Source of the DNA: Hemiscyllium ocellatum
Lineage: Eukaryota
NCBI RefSeq assembly: GCF_020745735.1
Contig: NC_083403.1
Coordinates: forward strand, 62,281,003 to 62,345,002
Reading direction: 5' to 3'
Length of the DNA stretch: 64,000 nucleotides
Position 1 is the stretch's first letter; each line of letters begins with the position of its first letter. The position numbers and the translations under genes were made by a program. Below are positions 24,451-38,369 of the stretch, in pieces. The notes beneath the pieces were generated by a model, which was not told the origin of the DNA, did not search any database, and saw nothing but the letters and a program-made list of their open reading frames with translations.

Positions 24451-26463
24451 ATGATTCAGATATACAATCCATTCATGTGCAGTGTGTATAGAGTTAATGT
24501 ACAGGGAGGAATGAAGATAATGTTCGTACTTGCACTATTTATACCTGGTAATCAGAAGAGAGTTGGAGATGTTGGGGTAGGGTAGATAGGGAAAAGATGG
24601 TTAACTATGAGGATGCTGATATCTTTATTTATTTCAGTCTCACCACTGCCAAGACTTCATCCTGGAATGACCAGTACCACCTCTTCCATGGGGTCAGGAC
24701 AATCAAGTGCATTTTCCCCTCCCCAGTCAGGCCCTGCAACCTTTGATTGTGTGTCTCCTTGTACTGCAAAGGAGAGAAAAGTGTGTTGTGCAGTTTGATG
24801 TGACTGTGATGGTAGAATTATCTCCTATTGTGGAAACTGTCAAATATTTGTGGTTTGTAGCAATGCTTAGTATGAGAGAGTGAGATGCAGTATAATATTA
24901 TTAGGTGTAAGTCCTATTTGGTAAAGATTTAGGCCATTGAGATATGGGTTTCCGCAAATTGAATAGTGTTAAAGACAAATGATGGGATGATATTCACTCA
25001 TTGTGACCATATGTATAAGGCCGCTGAACTTTCTGCAATATTACATCCACACACTCATAACTTAGCTCTTGGTGTTGACCCCCATGGCTATCTTCTTCTT
25101 CTGTGTTTTGTGTATGTAACTGAAAGGGTACTTGGCCCACTCTAGGTACCATTCATCTTCCTAATATACACCTCCACAATATCTGTACAGTGTCAAAAAC
25201 CTTAAATAGCATGTTCTCCTATGTTAGGTCATTGATATATATGTCACAGGTCAGATTCAGTTCCTTCACAACTGTCAGCACTTGCTGCATCTATGATGCA
25301 TCTCCTGTTTAAGAATTCTAGTTGCTCATATTGAATCATCCCCGCCAACTAGACATCTAACCAAACAACAGTGTGTAGTTAGTGCTGGCTGAGCATTGAA
25401 ATTATTTAAAACAGCAGGCAGCACGAATCACAATTTGTGCTTCTGTTTTCAGTGGTTATAGTGAATTCGGTCTCATTTGATTTTGTGCATTTCTTTTCTC
25501 CAATGCTATGCTTTTTACTGAACAATTACTCTTTTTAGAGAAGGCATTTCCTTTTCATCTGGTTTAACATAGTTTTGTCAAGAAAATTCTCAGCGGTGGT
25601 GTATTTTTAATGTTTGTGATCCAGAAGTCCCTGAATAATTACTGGCAAAAGCTCTAAATCCATGAGTCACAGCAAACTTTACTGTTTACTTATGTGAATA
25701 CATATGCTTGTTTTTATATATGTGTACTTATTTTACACAAGTGTGAGCATGGTAAACATTGTATAGCTGTGGTAACTGAGCAAATCCTACTCTGAACTGA
25801 GCAGTCTTCTGAAACAGGCTTGAGGGAGTAGTTTAGAAGTAAACTGCTTCATTAAGTCATCAGCATAATCTTTCCATAGTTGCATTGTATCTGTTGAATA
25901 CCACCTTGCCAGTTCTTTGTTTGAAACACTTATTCGTTCCTTTATTGCTTACTTTTCCAGCACTGTTTCAATCATTTGCATTAATCTTTCTACCAGCGTT
26001 TTTTTATGGTAGCAATTAACTTGGTTTGAAAATGAAATCGAATCTGTTATGATCCCAGGTGATAGTGGTACTGTCCAAGTCAGAATGAAATCTGGTTTGC
26101 AGGATCATATGGGTTTTATTTTGTTTAGATATTTAATATAATGATAAGTCACTGAACATATTTTTTGACAGCAGAATGGAAGTTTATTACACAAAAGGGG
26201 AAAATAATCCAACCAAGCCATCTAATATAGGGATTCTATGAAATATAGAAGACAATTACAATGATCGTAAAACACAAGAACACAAAATTTCACTCCATTT
26301 CCCAATAATATTTGTTATAGACATCCAAATCCAGAGAAATTATATCTGTCCAAACTCTTTCATTTACTACTTGACTGACTCCTTGCAGTTTCTTTGCCAT
26401 GGAATGTGAAGAAAATTAATTTGGTTCTAAATTTTCTAAACTGAAAATAGCACATGATCTTAA

Positions 26464-26667
26464 GCAAAAAACAAACGAACAGCAGATGCTGGAAATTAGG
26501 AACAAAATCAGAAATAGCTGGAACAACTCAGCAAATCTGGCAGCATCTGTGGAGAGAAATCAGAGCAGTTCTGAGGAACGGTCGCTGGACCTGAAATGTT
26601 AACCCTGATTTCTCTCCACAGATGCTGCCAGACTTGCTGAGCTTTTCCAGCAATTTCTGTTTTTGTT
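26464..26667. mobile_element. fold-back PLE-derived mini-element (family C) with + hammerhead motif 26568-26603
   Basis: GTT-CTGAGGA-A-CGGTC-GCTG-GACCT-GAAAT-GTT-AAC between inverted arms; TSD CATGATCTTAA at 26453-26463 and 26668-26678. Confidence 0.82.
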
Positions 26668-28954
26668 CATGATCTTAAACATTTTCTGTGACAGTTATAA
26701 ACACAGCGATATAAACATATTTCCATTTGCACTATGGGGGCATGGCATTTAGGAAGGACAAGAAGCTAGGAAAAGGTGGAGAGTTAACTCAGTTAATAAA
26801 GGATGATATTGGTTCTATAGAGAAAGATGACAAGACATTACTGTAGAAGTTGTGTATAGGCCCTAATAGCCTACCCAGCAGGATAGAGCACAGAGGAACA
26901 AATAATAGGAGCTTGTCAGAAAGGCACACCTTGTCATAAGAGGCAGTGGTGGAGTGAGAATGTCATTGGGCTAGTAATTCAGAACTCCAGGCTAATGCTC
27001 TGATGATATGTGTTTGGATTCCAGAATGTCAGATTATGTAATGTATCAGGGACCACTGTTATGGCACGTTGGAAAAGTCATTGGAGAAATTGAGAGGGGG
27101 TGGGATGTGGTCATCAATAGTCACAACCACTCGAGCTTTCACAGGGGTCAGTGCAGCATGATGCTAAGCATAAATAAGATGTCGGCTACACTCGCATTTG
27201 AGAAGGGTAATAGGTAGGGTTCTAAGATGGGATAAGGCTAAGGTTGGGTAACCTGTGACACATGGTTTTTAGCTAGCATTACATTTCCGAATGTGCAGTT
27301 GTATTTCCTGTGGGGTGTCAGCCTTGTTACCTAACCCAAATAATTTGAGAAATATTTGGTTTTGGCTCCCTTCCCACTACATGCATGGTGAACATAAACT
27401 TCTGGATGTCCAGGCTTGACCAGGTACACAACTGGTCTTTAAAAATGGCACTGGTGCCTGGAATCCCATGAGATTCCAACAATGATATGAACTTCTGCCT
27501 GAAGAGTATGACGAAAGGGTGAATGGTGCACCGTAGAGATGTCATGCATAGCTAATAAGGTGAGTTTTAGAGAATAGCCGTAAAAATGCAGAGAAACCTT
27601 CAATGAAACTTAACAGTATTCACGCTTTACCGATTCTTGGTAAAATTCAGCCCTATGGCTCAATATAGTAGTCTCTCAATTTTCGACCATTGATAATTAT
27701 TCTGGAAGAATGACCAAGAGACGGAGAAAGAATATTCATTGTCAAGTCAGTTTTGGATCCTGCTAACTTTATTTAGTATTCTGAAGGATGGCAATCACTT
27801 CAGGCAAAACTTGTAAACACTGAAAACTAACATCTCTACAAGTTTCTACCTTACATTCTAGGTAATAATTATAAAAAAATATGGTTGATCAAGCCTGTAA
27901 CAATTAAAATTCATGTTATTCAAACTTTACCAGCTGCGTTCCACAGATAACTGTTCCATAGTCCCAATAGGACTGTAACAAGCATGTCTATAAATTGTTA
28001 GATCATCTATGCCTACACTTGTTTGCATAATCTTTACCCTCATTATAACCAGAACCTTTCCCAAGCCCATTTGAAGAAGTCAGTCAACTTAGTATTAATT
28101 GCTTAAATGTGACTTTGTTATAGGCCAGCCAAAAATATAGACTTTCTAATCTGCAAGCTCAGTTATAATCTGCCAAGTTTCTGTAGCTATCCTCCCAAAT
28201 CATGTTTATGTTAAGTCATGTTGCAAATGTTTTTAAGAATTTTGGGCACAGCCGAGAACCATGGGGAAAAGTTTAACTTTGAATGATGGTGTTAATTTCC
28301 AAAGTGAAATCAAAAATCGGGAGAAATATAAAGCATCTGCCAGTTTGCTATCACCCATTTTGCATTATTCCAGAGTCAAGATTTTTCCCAGGATTTAGAT
28401 TTTGTCATCTGCTGGCTTTCCATTTTGAAAGCATTGATTAAGTGGTTTTTAGACATTGATTTTAGAGTCTGAACTAGTTTAAGTTCAGCAAGTGAGGCGT
28501 ATCCTAAAGTAGCCAATTTCACTGAAGACAGGAAATTGAACTGGAACTATTGTTAGCTAAGTTACTTATTAGGGTAGGTGGGGTGAGGGTGTAAGTGATT
28601 GTGAAGTATACACATTCAGGGTTGCAGCAGCTGAGATTATTTTTGTTATTCTGCATATAATTCAAACCCTTTTACTGAGTCTCGTCTCTTCCATTCCCTT
28701 AGGTAGTGACCAAAGTTTACTTTGCACAGACTCTGATTAATTCATATGTACAAACATGATTTAAATTTTTATGTCAAAACTCCAATTTCCAATTTGAAAG
28801 GGTCTATCACCTGAATTTGTTGGACAGCTGGGACCCTGGCAGTTAGTCTCTGTGAAATGAAGCCAGCTCAATCCTTGACTTTAAAGCAAAAGTCACTTAA
28901 AACTCATACCCTCTTCCTTTGATTTTCTCAGATTTTACTGGTAAACTTTAATTT

Positions 28955-29200
28955 TAGAGTCATGCAGCACAAAATAGACCATTCTGTCCAACCAGTCCAT
29001 GCCAACCACAGTGCCAAATTAAACCAGTCCCACCTGCCTGTGTTTGGCCTATGTACTTCTCTAAATATCTTTTCTAAACCTAGTAACTACTCGCATCCAC
29101 CACTTCCTCTGGAAGATCATTCCACACGTGAACCACTCTGTGTAAAAATCTTTCTTCTCTCACCTTAAAAATATGCCCCCTAGTCTTGAAATCCTCCTTG
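28955..29200 (-). mobile_element. CR1 3' tail
   Basis: Minus FKTRGHIFKVR..FLHRVVHVWNDLPEEVV. Confidence 0.8.
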
Positions 29201-29204
29201 AAAT

Positions 29205-29715
29205 CTAGTAACTTACTAGAACAAAGGAGCCAATACCCAACATGAGCAAAACTAATGTAGTTTATAAAATACCATGCAAGGACTGCACAAAACACTATAT
29301 AGGACAAACAGGAAGACAGCTAACAATCCGCATATATGAACACCAACTAGCCACGAAACGACACGACCATCCCTAGTAGCCACACACTCAGACAACAAGC
29401 AACATGAATTCGACTGGGAAAACACTACTATCATAGGGCAAGCCAGACAGAGAACAGCCAGGGAATTCCTAGAGGCATGGCATTCATCCACAAACTCCAT
29501 CAACAAACACATCGACCTGGACCCAATATACCAACCACTACAGCGGACAGCTGAAACTGACACCCGGAAGCGGCAAGGACAGACCACTATAAATGCCGGA
29601 AGAAACATCAAAGAAGCGCTTTGCAGGAGGCTCCAGAGCACTGATGATGTCTCCTAGCCAGGGGACGAAACGTTTGCAACAAAGACTTCCAGCTCGGCGA
29701 ACAGAACCACTACAA
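29205..29715 (+). mobile_element. Penelope/Poseidon-type 3' fragment (GIY-YIG + pseudo-LTR)
   Basis: MSKTNVVYKIPCKDCTKHYIGQTGRQLTIRIYEH..REFLEAWHS; same family as 20015-20763. Confidence 0.9.
29638..29677 (+). ncRNA. minimal hammerhead ribozyme motif (family B), intact core
   Basis: GCA-CTGATGA-T-GTCTCCT-AGCC-AGGGGAC-GAAAC-GTT^TGC; 7-bp stem II, NUH triplet GUU. Confidence 0.78.
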
Positions 29716-29984
29716 TTTGTATTGTTCACACTATTTCAAATGTTTTTATCAAATATTTTGTTTTAAAATTCTTTTCCTCATTTTTCTACAACTTGCGAGC
29801 CAATTTAAAGCAAAATCTGTCTGATAGGGGTTTGGAATTTTAGTGGAGGTACTGACCTTGCCCACCATTGGGAAGTTGGAGGGAAGGCAGTGGGAGCCGA
29901 TCCCTGCTGGCCTGGGAAACCACAGCCAAATTCAACTCTGTCAGAAGTATAGTCCCACTTCCAAGGGCTGTAAGCAAGTCAGTA

Positions 29985-30270
29985 ACACAGTTGCCTCACA
30001 ACGTCAGGGACCCTGGTTTGATTCCAGCTTTGAGTGACTGTGTGGAGTTTGCACTTTCTCCTCGTTTCTGCCTGGGTTTCCTCTGGGTACTCTGATTTCC
30101 TCCCACAGTCCAAAGAAGTGCAGGTTAGGTGGATTGGCCATGCTAAATGCAGAATTACGGAGATGAAGTGAGACTAGGTTTGGCTATGGATGTGATGCAA
30201 TTCAGAGGGTCGGTGCAGACCTGATGGGCCAAATGACCTCTTTCTGCACTGTAGGGATTCTGTGATTCTA
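29985..30270 (+). mobile_element. HE1/V-SINE-like element
   Basis: TGCCTCACAACGTCAGGGACCCTGGTTTGATTCC..GGAGTTTGCAC..GGTTAGGTGGATTGGCCATGCTAAAT..CTGTAGGGATTC. Confidence 0.82.
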
Positions 30271-33259
30271 AATCAAATGGCTATCAGCTGTCCAATTCCA
30301 GGAGCACTAGAGTGATAAGCACTACTAGAACTACAATAAGTCAAGTAGTGGGGAAGGGGGACAGTGAATTGCAGGCTTCAGGTGGGTTCATGTGTTCAGG
30401 TAGCACTAGGAGTGAAACCCTCCATTTGAAAGAATAGAGAATGAGACTTAATCAGAGAGATGTAGCCGTCTCAGGCTATACCAATGTTGGTTGCCCATCT
30501 CTAATTGCACTGGGACAGGTGCTGCTGAGCACCCCTTCTCAACTCCTGCAGTTCATCTGATGCAGGTACATCTACTGTGCTGTTTGGAAGGAAGTTCCAG
30601 TGACAATGATGTAACAGCAAAGTAGTTCTGACTCAGAATGCTGTTTGGCTTGGTGAGAAACTTACGTGTGGTGGTGCTTCCCTGCCCATGCCATTGTTCT
30701 TGCCCTTCTAGAAAGTAGAGGTCACAGGGGGATTTGTAAAATGTTAAATGAAGGTTGGCAGTGTATCTTGCATAAGGTACATACCTTGTAGTTCACGTCA
30801 TCACTCTAACATTGGTCATACTACAGGTTAGCCTCTGGATCTGGGCCTCTGGAACATCCAGAATGTTGCTGCCTGCTTTCAGTGTGGAGGCAAGTGGAGT
30901 CACTTCTGTGTCGCACTTTGTTTCCGGGCCTTCTGGTCAGTTTTGTATTGCATGGATATTAAATATGGGATTCATCAATGTTTCTGTGACTTTTCATTGT
31001 CCTGCACAGGCTTATTAGATCAGAGTTGAAGAAAAAAGCTGCAGGTCTACAAAGAATGGACAAAGAAATGGGATGCTGAGCTGCTTTTGCAGAGAGTTTG
31101 CATGGATGTGATGGGCTGAATCCTCTCCTGCATTTCTAATACTGCAATGTCCAGGCCTCTCCTATCAGTTCCCAGCATATTTGTTATTCATTTGTTTGTA
31201 TTGCTATGATACATACCTTCCCCTGCAATGATAATCCAGCTGGATTGAGCTGAAACACAATGCAGCAACCTGGCAGAACCTGTTAAAAACATACACTTTT
31301 CTCTAGCCACATGGCTACCAAAAGTAGACATCATTCTTTTCCTTTTTAGATACTAATAGAAATTCTTGCTATCTGTCTTTAACTTTCTAGCTAGCTACCT
31401 CTCATGCTCTAATTTATTTGTCCTAATTAATCTTTCAGTCATTCTCTGCTGTTCTCCACATTCTGACCTACCATTTATCTCTGCTCAGTTACTTGCTTTT
31501 CTCAAGTTTGATGTTTTCCATAACCTATTTATTTGACCAGGGATGGTAAGATCTCCCTTTGGAAATTTTTTTTATAGTAGGAGTTTACTTATTCTGAATA
31601 TTCTGAAATATATATTTAAATGTCTGCTACTGTTTCTGTACTGATATTTCTCCTGGCCTAATATCCCAGTTCACTTCAGCTAGCTTACCTTTTATGTCCA
31701 TGTAGTTGCCATTTGCAGCACTATCACCTGCCTGCCATCTCTAATATGTTTTAATTAATAATTGTGAATTAAGTAATAATTAGTAAGGCCTAAGCTGGAA
31801 TTTTAGCACTGCCCATAAACGTTATAATACAGAAGAAATACAATAGCAATTGAATTTAGAGTTTCTAATAATACTGGTTATCATCTTATTTGCTCCTTTT
31901 GCCACACAAATTTGGAAATCAAATCAACAAACTTCTACTCTACTTCTGATCTTATGATGGAGGGAAGGTCATGGTGAAGCAACTAAAGATGATTGAGCCT
32001 AGGACACTACCCTAAGGAACTTCTTCAGTATTGATTGGCCTCCAAAAACCACAGTCTTCCCACCAGTGGAGAGTTTCCCCTCTCGTTTTCATTGATACCA
32101 ATTTTGCTTGTGCTTCTTGATGTCACATTCAGTCAGACTTCACCTTAATGTCAAGGACAATCATCATTTCTCAATTCAGGGCTCAGTTGGCTTAAGAATG
32201 GGTTGTTGTCTGACATTCACCCTGGCACTGATAAAATACCAGCAGATTTGGGTAGACAACTGCACTTGTCTGTAGTCAATAAGTATACTTTATGTTAATT
32301 TATGGAAATGACTGCTGCTGTTCTTCAGTTGGTTCTTCTCATTTATTATGATCTTTTTCAGTCTATTCAAACTAGTTCAATCCAGAAAGCTGCTTGCATC
32401 AATTTATTCCAACTTTATCTTCCTCAGAAGTATTAGATACAGAACCAAATCTGTCTATATTCCAAGAATTCCAAAAGTACCAATGGAATTCTCTCCCTAA
32501 CAGCATTGTGGATCTATCTACAGCAGTTCAAGAAGGCAGCTTACCACCGCCAAAGTGTCAAACACAGAAGTAATATTTTGTGTTACAGTGATCAACTCAA
32601 GAAAATTTGTAAACATTTGCAAAGCAAAGGTATATCAAAAGTGCACATGGAGAGTTGACCCCATGTCTATCGCTGATGTTGTGAATTTTTCACTTTTTGT
32701 AATGTGGCTGAGGCAGAAGAGAAGCAAATGATTAGTCTTTGGGGAATCCTTCAATAACAATCCAAGGGTGGGAAGAGAAATCATTGGTAGGTCAGTCAGT
32801 AAGACTGAAACAAAAAAAAGTCAGATTCACTGAATTGGATGATACACAAAAGAAATGTTGGAAGATGATGATGTAATTAATCTTTCAAGATCTGCAGAGC
32901 AGTTGGGATGAGTTATAGGGATAGTGCAATAGAGTCAAAGGAAATGCTATTTGTGAGACTGATTCAGCCCATTTCAGTGATGTGGGACCATAGGAAGAAT
33001 TAATTCGTGACAGTGAAGCTGGAAGTTGTGACAAAATGGACTTGGAGGTGAGGATGACATATTCAAGGATTTTGGAAAGGAAACAAATATTGAAGATGCT
33101 TCTTAGACTGGAAATAATTTCTTGGCATTGTAATTAATACAGCACATTTTATTATTGCATAATCCACTTGTCTGCTCAAGACGAAGAGGCTGAAAAGCCA
33201 TTTTGGGATAGATGATTTTGAAGAAAAGTCATTAATGCCCTATGTTATAGATCAAAGAA

Positions 33260-33470
33260 TCATAGAGATGTACAGCATGGAAACAGACCTTTCAGTCCAA
33301 CTCGTCCATGCCGACCAGATATCCCGACCCAATCTAGTCCCACCTGCCAGCACCTGGGCCATATCCCTCCAAACCCTTCCTATTCATATACCCATCCAGA
33401 TGCCTTTTAAATTTTGCAATTGTACCAGCCTCCACCACTTCCTCTGGCAGCCCATTCCATACACGTACCA
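33260..33470 (-). mobile_element. young CR1 3' tail
   Basis: Reverse complement of 43425-43625. Confidence 0.85.
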
Positions 33471-33933
33471 AAGTTCCTCAGCAACTTTCCGAGGGAGATC
33501 AGGCAAATATTGAATACCTACTTGAGATTGGAGCTACCAGCCTTCCGGTCTGTGTCAGGATTTATGTTTAAGGTTTACTGAATTAAGCACATTGCAAACT
33601 TGAGTGCTGCGGCCCTAAAGCAGTTTCTCTGTAATATTTTCTGAAAGTATTTAAGTAGTTATTAAGTTGATGAATTTTGCTTATTGTTATGCTGAAATGA
33701 AACATTATAAAAATGAAAGCCTTTTCATTTGCAGTACATTGACATGCAGAGCTCCTGCTTTCCAAAGTAAATATTCATATGGAATGTTCAGTGCTGACCC
33801 AATAAAAGATTAACTGGCATTTTTCAGTTTTTGTTAATGGCCATTAGAACTGTCAGAAAACCTAACTACACTTGAAGTGTTTTGGATAATAGCAATGCTG
33901 ATGGTAATGCTGGCAATTTCCCTATTTTTGCAG

Positions 33934-35463
33934 GTCACCGCCAGAGGATTTAGCCCATTGTTGCAGTTTGCCTACACTGCTAAGCTATTACTCAGCAGAG
34001 ACAACATTCAAGAGGTCATGCACTGTGCTGAAGTCCTACATATGCACAATCTGGAGGACTCCTGCTTCCGCTTCCTTGAGGCCCAGCTCTTCAATGAAAA
34101 AGATGGTTTTTTCCTTTACACCAAAATGGCAACGTTCCAAAAGTCCAACGTACGAGATGGGAATTCAGACGGTGAGGGAGAACACATGCAATCTGACACT
34201 CGTAAGGTTACCTGTTCCAGGGACAGAATAAGTAATGAGACACTTGGGTTTGAAGCATCTTCCAGGCTATCTGAGAAGGAGCCAACTGTAATATCAATCC
34301 CTGTTACATCAAATGATGATATGGGACGCTGCCCAAAATACAGGAAATACCAGCTTGCTTGCACCAAGCATATCAGTAGCACACCACATACCAGTACCTC
34401 AGGTTTTCCAAGCACATTTAAAGAAGACCGGCCAGTCTGTACTCAATCTCAAGGATATAGCAAGGCACAGGTAAAAATTGAACCACATGCACCAGAAATT
34501 GCAGCAGAAAATGCTGCTCAATGCTTGTCTGAAAGTGAACCTGGTGCAGTAGAACATGCAGTTGCAGATAAGGAAATGGACATTAAGCAGATGAGTCCAA
34601 TGTGTGTTGATAGACCCAAAAGTAGAACACCTCCTTGTTCAAGGTTCATTAAAAAAGCTGAATCTACTGAGACACAAAATCAATTGCAACAACCTTTAGA
34701 CACCAGAACATCTTGTTCCCTTGAAGAGGGAATGACTCAGGGTGACCTCAAAACAGAATACAGGCCTTATAGCGAAATGTATGGACTATCCTGCACACCT
34801 CAGAAAGACAACAATAGCTTTACTGTTGGATCCCAACTGACAGGACCATCTTGTGAAGTGATTTGCAAACAGGAACTGGAATCAGACAGAAAGAGTGTTA
34901 TATTTTCTTCTGGTACCTTGGACAGGATGAACACTCCTGCTGCACATTCATATACTGGTGGGAGTTCACTAGAGGACGAACTTACTGAGCATGTGCCAAA
35001 AGGTTTGTGGAGTGGTACTAGCCAGTCACTTCCATGTTCACAGACTTGTGTTTCCACTAGACTTGCAATGGAGCCTTTATTGCCATTGAATTCATGTAGA
35101 ATTCGACCTACCTGTAAAACCAGCTGCCCAGTGCCAATTAAAGTGTGTCCTCGATCTCCTCCATCTGAGACTAGGACCAGAACCTCAAGTTCCTGTTCCT
35201 CTTACTCATTTCCTGAAGATGGAAGTGGTGGTTCTCCTTGCAGTTTACCCCAGTTTGAATTGTCCACTTCACCCTGTTCACAAGGAACACGTTTCCTATC
35301 TGCAGAACAGCAAGAGTTAAGCATGATTGGAGATGCAATGTTTAATCAGTGTAAACCACCATTAAAATGTGAACAATCATATGGCACCAACTCCAGCGAT
35401 GAGTCTGGATCCTTTTCAGAAGGGGACAGTGAATCATGCTCAACTCGAGAGAGAGGACGTGAG
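33934..35463 (+). CDS. BACH2: BACH2 large internal coding exon (C-terminal half of BTB plus disordered heme-binding/regulatory region), 510 codons
   Basis: Acceptor TTTTTGCAG|GTC, donor GAG|GTACAG. VTARGFSPLLQFAYTAKLLLSR..HNLEDSCF, KYQLACTK, TSCPVPIKVCPRSPP, RTRTSSSCSSYS and CEQSYGTNSSDESGSFSE match recalled vertebrate BACH2. Confidence 0.97.
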
Positions 35464-38369
35464 GTACAGTAGCAATTTATTTAATAAAAATACTTATAAT
35501 TATAAATTCATCCTGACTGGAGCTATCAGTTTTAGCAGACTTAGTAGTGTGCTATTATGCTAAGTAATGGTGTGCCAACGTTTATAATCATGGAGGGATA
35601 ATGAGGCCTACAATTGTTCATTCCTGAACTGAGCCATGCTAGCAGTACAGCTTCAAGTGTAATTTGTGATGCTTTCCAGGAAGGGAGGAGAGAACGTCAT
35701 AAAGATAGAAGCTACCTCGCAATGTTACTTTGAAACATACATATCATATCCTTGTTTCCACTTCTTTAATGAAGACATTAATGTTTAGAGAATGAAAAAC
35801 AGCTAACATGGCCTGTGGAGATTGCTGCAAGATCATTAATGATTATTGCCATTTTAAGCACACTGTGCATTTGTACAGTGTCATCATTGCCAGCTTCTTT
35901 TTATTCTATAGAGGACAGTCATGACTGTGTGACTCTCATGGCTACTGGCTACAGGGTGCTAGGTCAGGTGGATGGGGATGATGAGAACTGTAGGAAAAGA
36001 GGATAAATCAATTCAACATAGCCCAAGGCAAGGTAAAAATCATAATTATCGGAAATTAATATTTCTTACTTTATATTAGGAGAATAATGATCATAATTAC
36101 AATATGATTGCTTAGTTAATAAATGTAAAATGTGTGCATCTTTTCAGTTGTTTGATACTTTTGGATATTAAATAGCACAGCAGGGGTTCTACACACTTAA
36201 AATAGTTTTTTTAAAATCCTCAATTTGAATTAGATGTAGTTTGTAGTCAATGACAGCAGCAAAGTTTATATTCACCACATACCACACTTTCTCATCGTTC
36301 TTTCCATCATCATTTTTACATGAAAAACACATGAACACCAACTTGTATTTATTTTCGTAGCTTTAAAATAGAATGTCCCAAAAGGATTTACAGTGGTCTT
36401 ATCAGAACTTGACCTAGCTTAAGGAAGGGTTGGATTAAATAGATGGATTTGTAAACAACAGCTCACATTCACAAAATGATTTTACAGAAATGTCATCAGG
36501 TACGATTTAATGGAAGAGACCAGAACATGGAAGAGTTAACCAGAGGGCAGTTAAGAGTCAATCACTTTATTGTGGGTCTGGAGTTACAATAGGCCAGACC
36601 AAGTAAGACTGGAGTTTTAAAGTTATACCTTGCATAAATATTCTATCTTTTGTGGTCTTAGAATATCCAAAGGTATTTAACAGCCAATTAAATAATTTTG
36701 AGGCACCTGACTCTGTCAGTACAGTTTTGGAAACTGTGATAAGGATGTCCAGTGTAGCAGGAGTGCAGGTTATGTTTGTGGAGACTGGGGTAGCCCTTCA
36801 TTGGGTTACCAGTTCATTTCCCTTTCATAGTAACATACTTAATCACCTAAATTATCTCTCTGCTTGCTTCAGGAAGCAATAACTGACAAAGTTGCAAAGG
36901 AATGAGAGTGTTAAATTCATCCCTGTAACTTTTGGAATGCTGCTACCCAATTTCTGCCAGGCAAGCAACTGCATAATCTCCCTTGCACAGCATCTAATTT
37001 CAGGTTTGTGGTTCAGAATAGGTTTCAAAGCTGATGTGAAACAGTGCTCCACAGAAAGGCAAAAAGGATGACTAGTCAAATTGCATGTCTGTCATGCACA
37101 GCCTAGAGGTGAGGAAAAGAGTGACTTTGGCAGATGCCAGAGAACAGATTGCTTGCCCATCCTCACAATTATTTTCTGCACAACTCCCTGTAAAGGGATT
37201 TTCTTTTTCTTTTAATGATCTGCTTCATTTATGTCAAGCATTTTCTGAATGAGAACATTTTTTGAAAGGATGAATGTGAATAGAACCAAGGACAGTTTTC
37301 TTTTTTACATGCAGATCATAAAAATGACAAAGGAAAATTAACATCCCTCATCTAGCAGAGTGTAATGTATGCTGCAGGTGATTAATGGTTTGGGATCGGT
37401 TTTACATGCCTAAACTTTATTTAGTATTGGGCCAACTCTCACAGACTGAACGAAAACCTGAATTTCTAAAAAAAATGCTTCCATGCATTTTTAACCCAGA
37501 AAGTCATTATTTCCGTTGCCCTATAAATAAACACAATGAATGTCAATAGGCCTTAAGAGGAGAATGAGGTATCAAAAATAGCAACTAGCAAGGTTGAGGA
37601 CAATGCACTTTGAAAGAGGAAGGAAACTGTTCATGTATTGGACAATGTCTGTGAGGGATCAGGTCTTTTGGCTTCCTTTATTTTATAAAATTACAATGTT
37701 TCTTAACTGCTGAGTAAAATGACCAGTTTTGATTTTAATTTATCACTGTAAATCTGTGATCACAATAGTCTGAGCCGTGTCATATCCCTAATTGCGCTGC
37801 AAACCCTGCTTTAATAGTGCAAAGCAGAGCTTTTCTGATGGAAGTGAAATAATTCGATATGTCATTGTAAAAAAACTGAATTCTTTTGTGGTCGAGTCAC
37901 TGCTGTTCACACCAGCTTGAACCTAGATTTGTTCAAATGCATTTACAGTGTAGGAAATTTGGAAAGAAGTACTTTACATTCTTTTTAGTAACCTGGTGGT
38001 TTATGAATTTGATCATTGGTCAAGCCAAAACAACACAGAAGTTGCTTCTGATTATATAAAATTTACTGAAATCCATGAGCGTTGCTAAAATGCAGTGCTT
38101 AAAGCAGACAGTTTATAGGAGTACTGTTTTTTTTCCAGTGTAATCACAATTCACTGTGTGTTCAGATCTTTTTTTTCCATTCGGTCTCTATTTCCCAAGT
38201 TTTATGATGATACTCGGCTAACATATCCAACAAAAATATAATGTAAATTTCTCGATAGAATGTCTCTCTAATATAGTATAAGATTTCTAAATGTTGGTAT
38301 ATCATACAGTTGGAAAGGCCAGCCAGACCAGTAAGCTTGCTCCTCCAAATCATCTATAATTTACTTAGA

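Noticed and set aside
33877-33933. Hydrophobic signal-peptide-like N-terminus MFWIIAMLMVMLAISLFLQ of the 531-aa ORF
   Set aside because: It is translated intron and polypyrimidine tract ending in the CAG acceptor; BACH2 homology starts at VTARGF.
1-33933. BACH2 start-codon exon (first half of BTB)
   Set aside because: No ORF with the expected LNDQR..LCDVT..AHRAVLAACS motifs; presumably upstream of the window.
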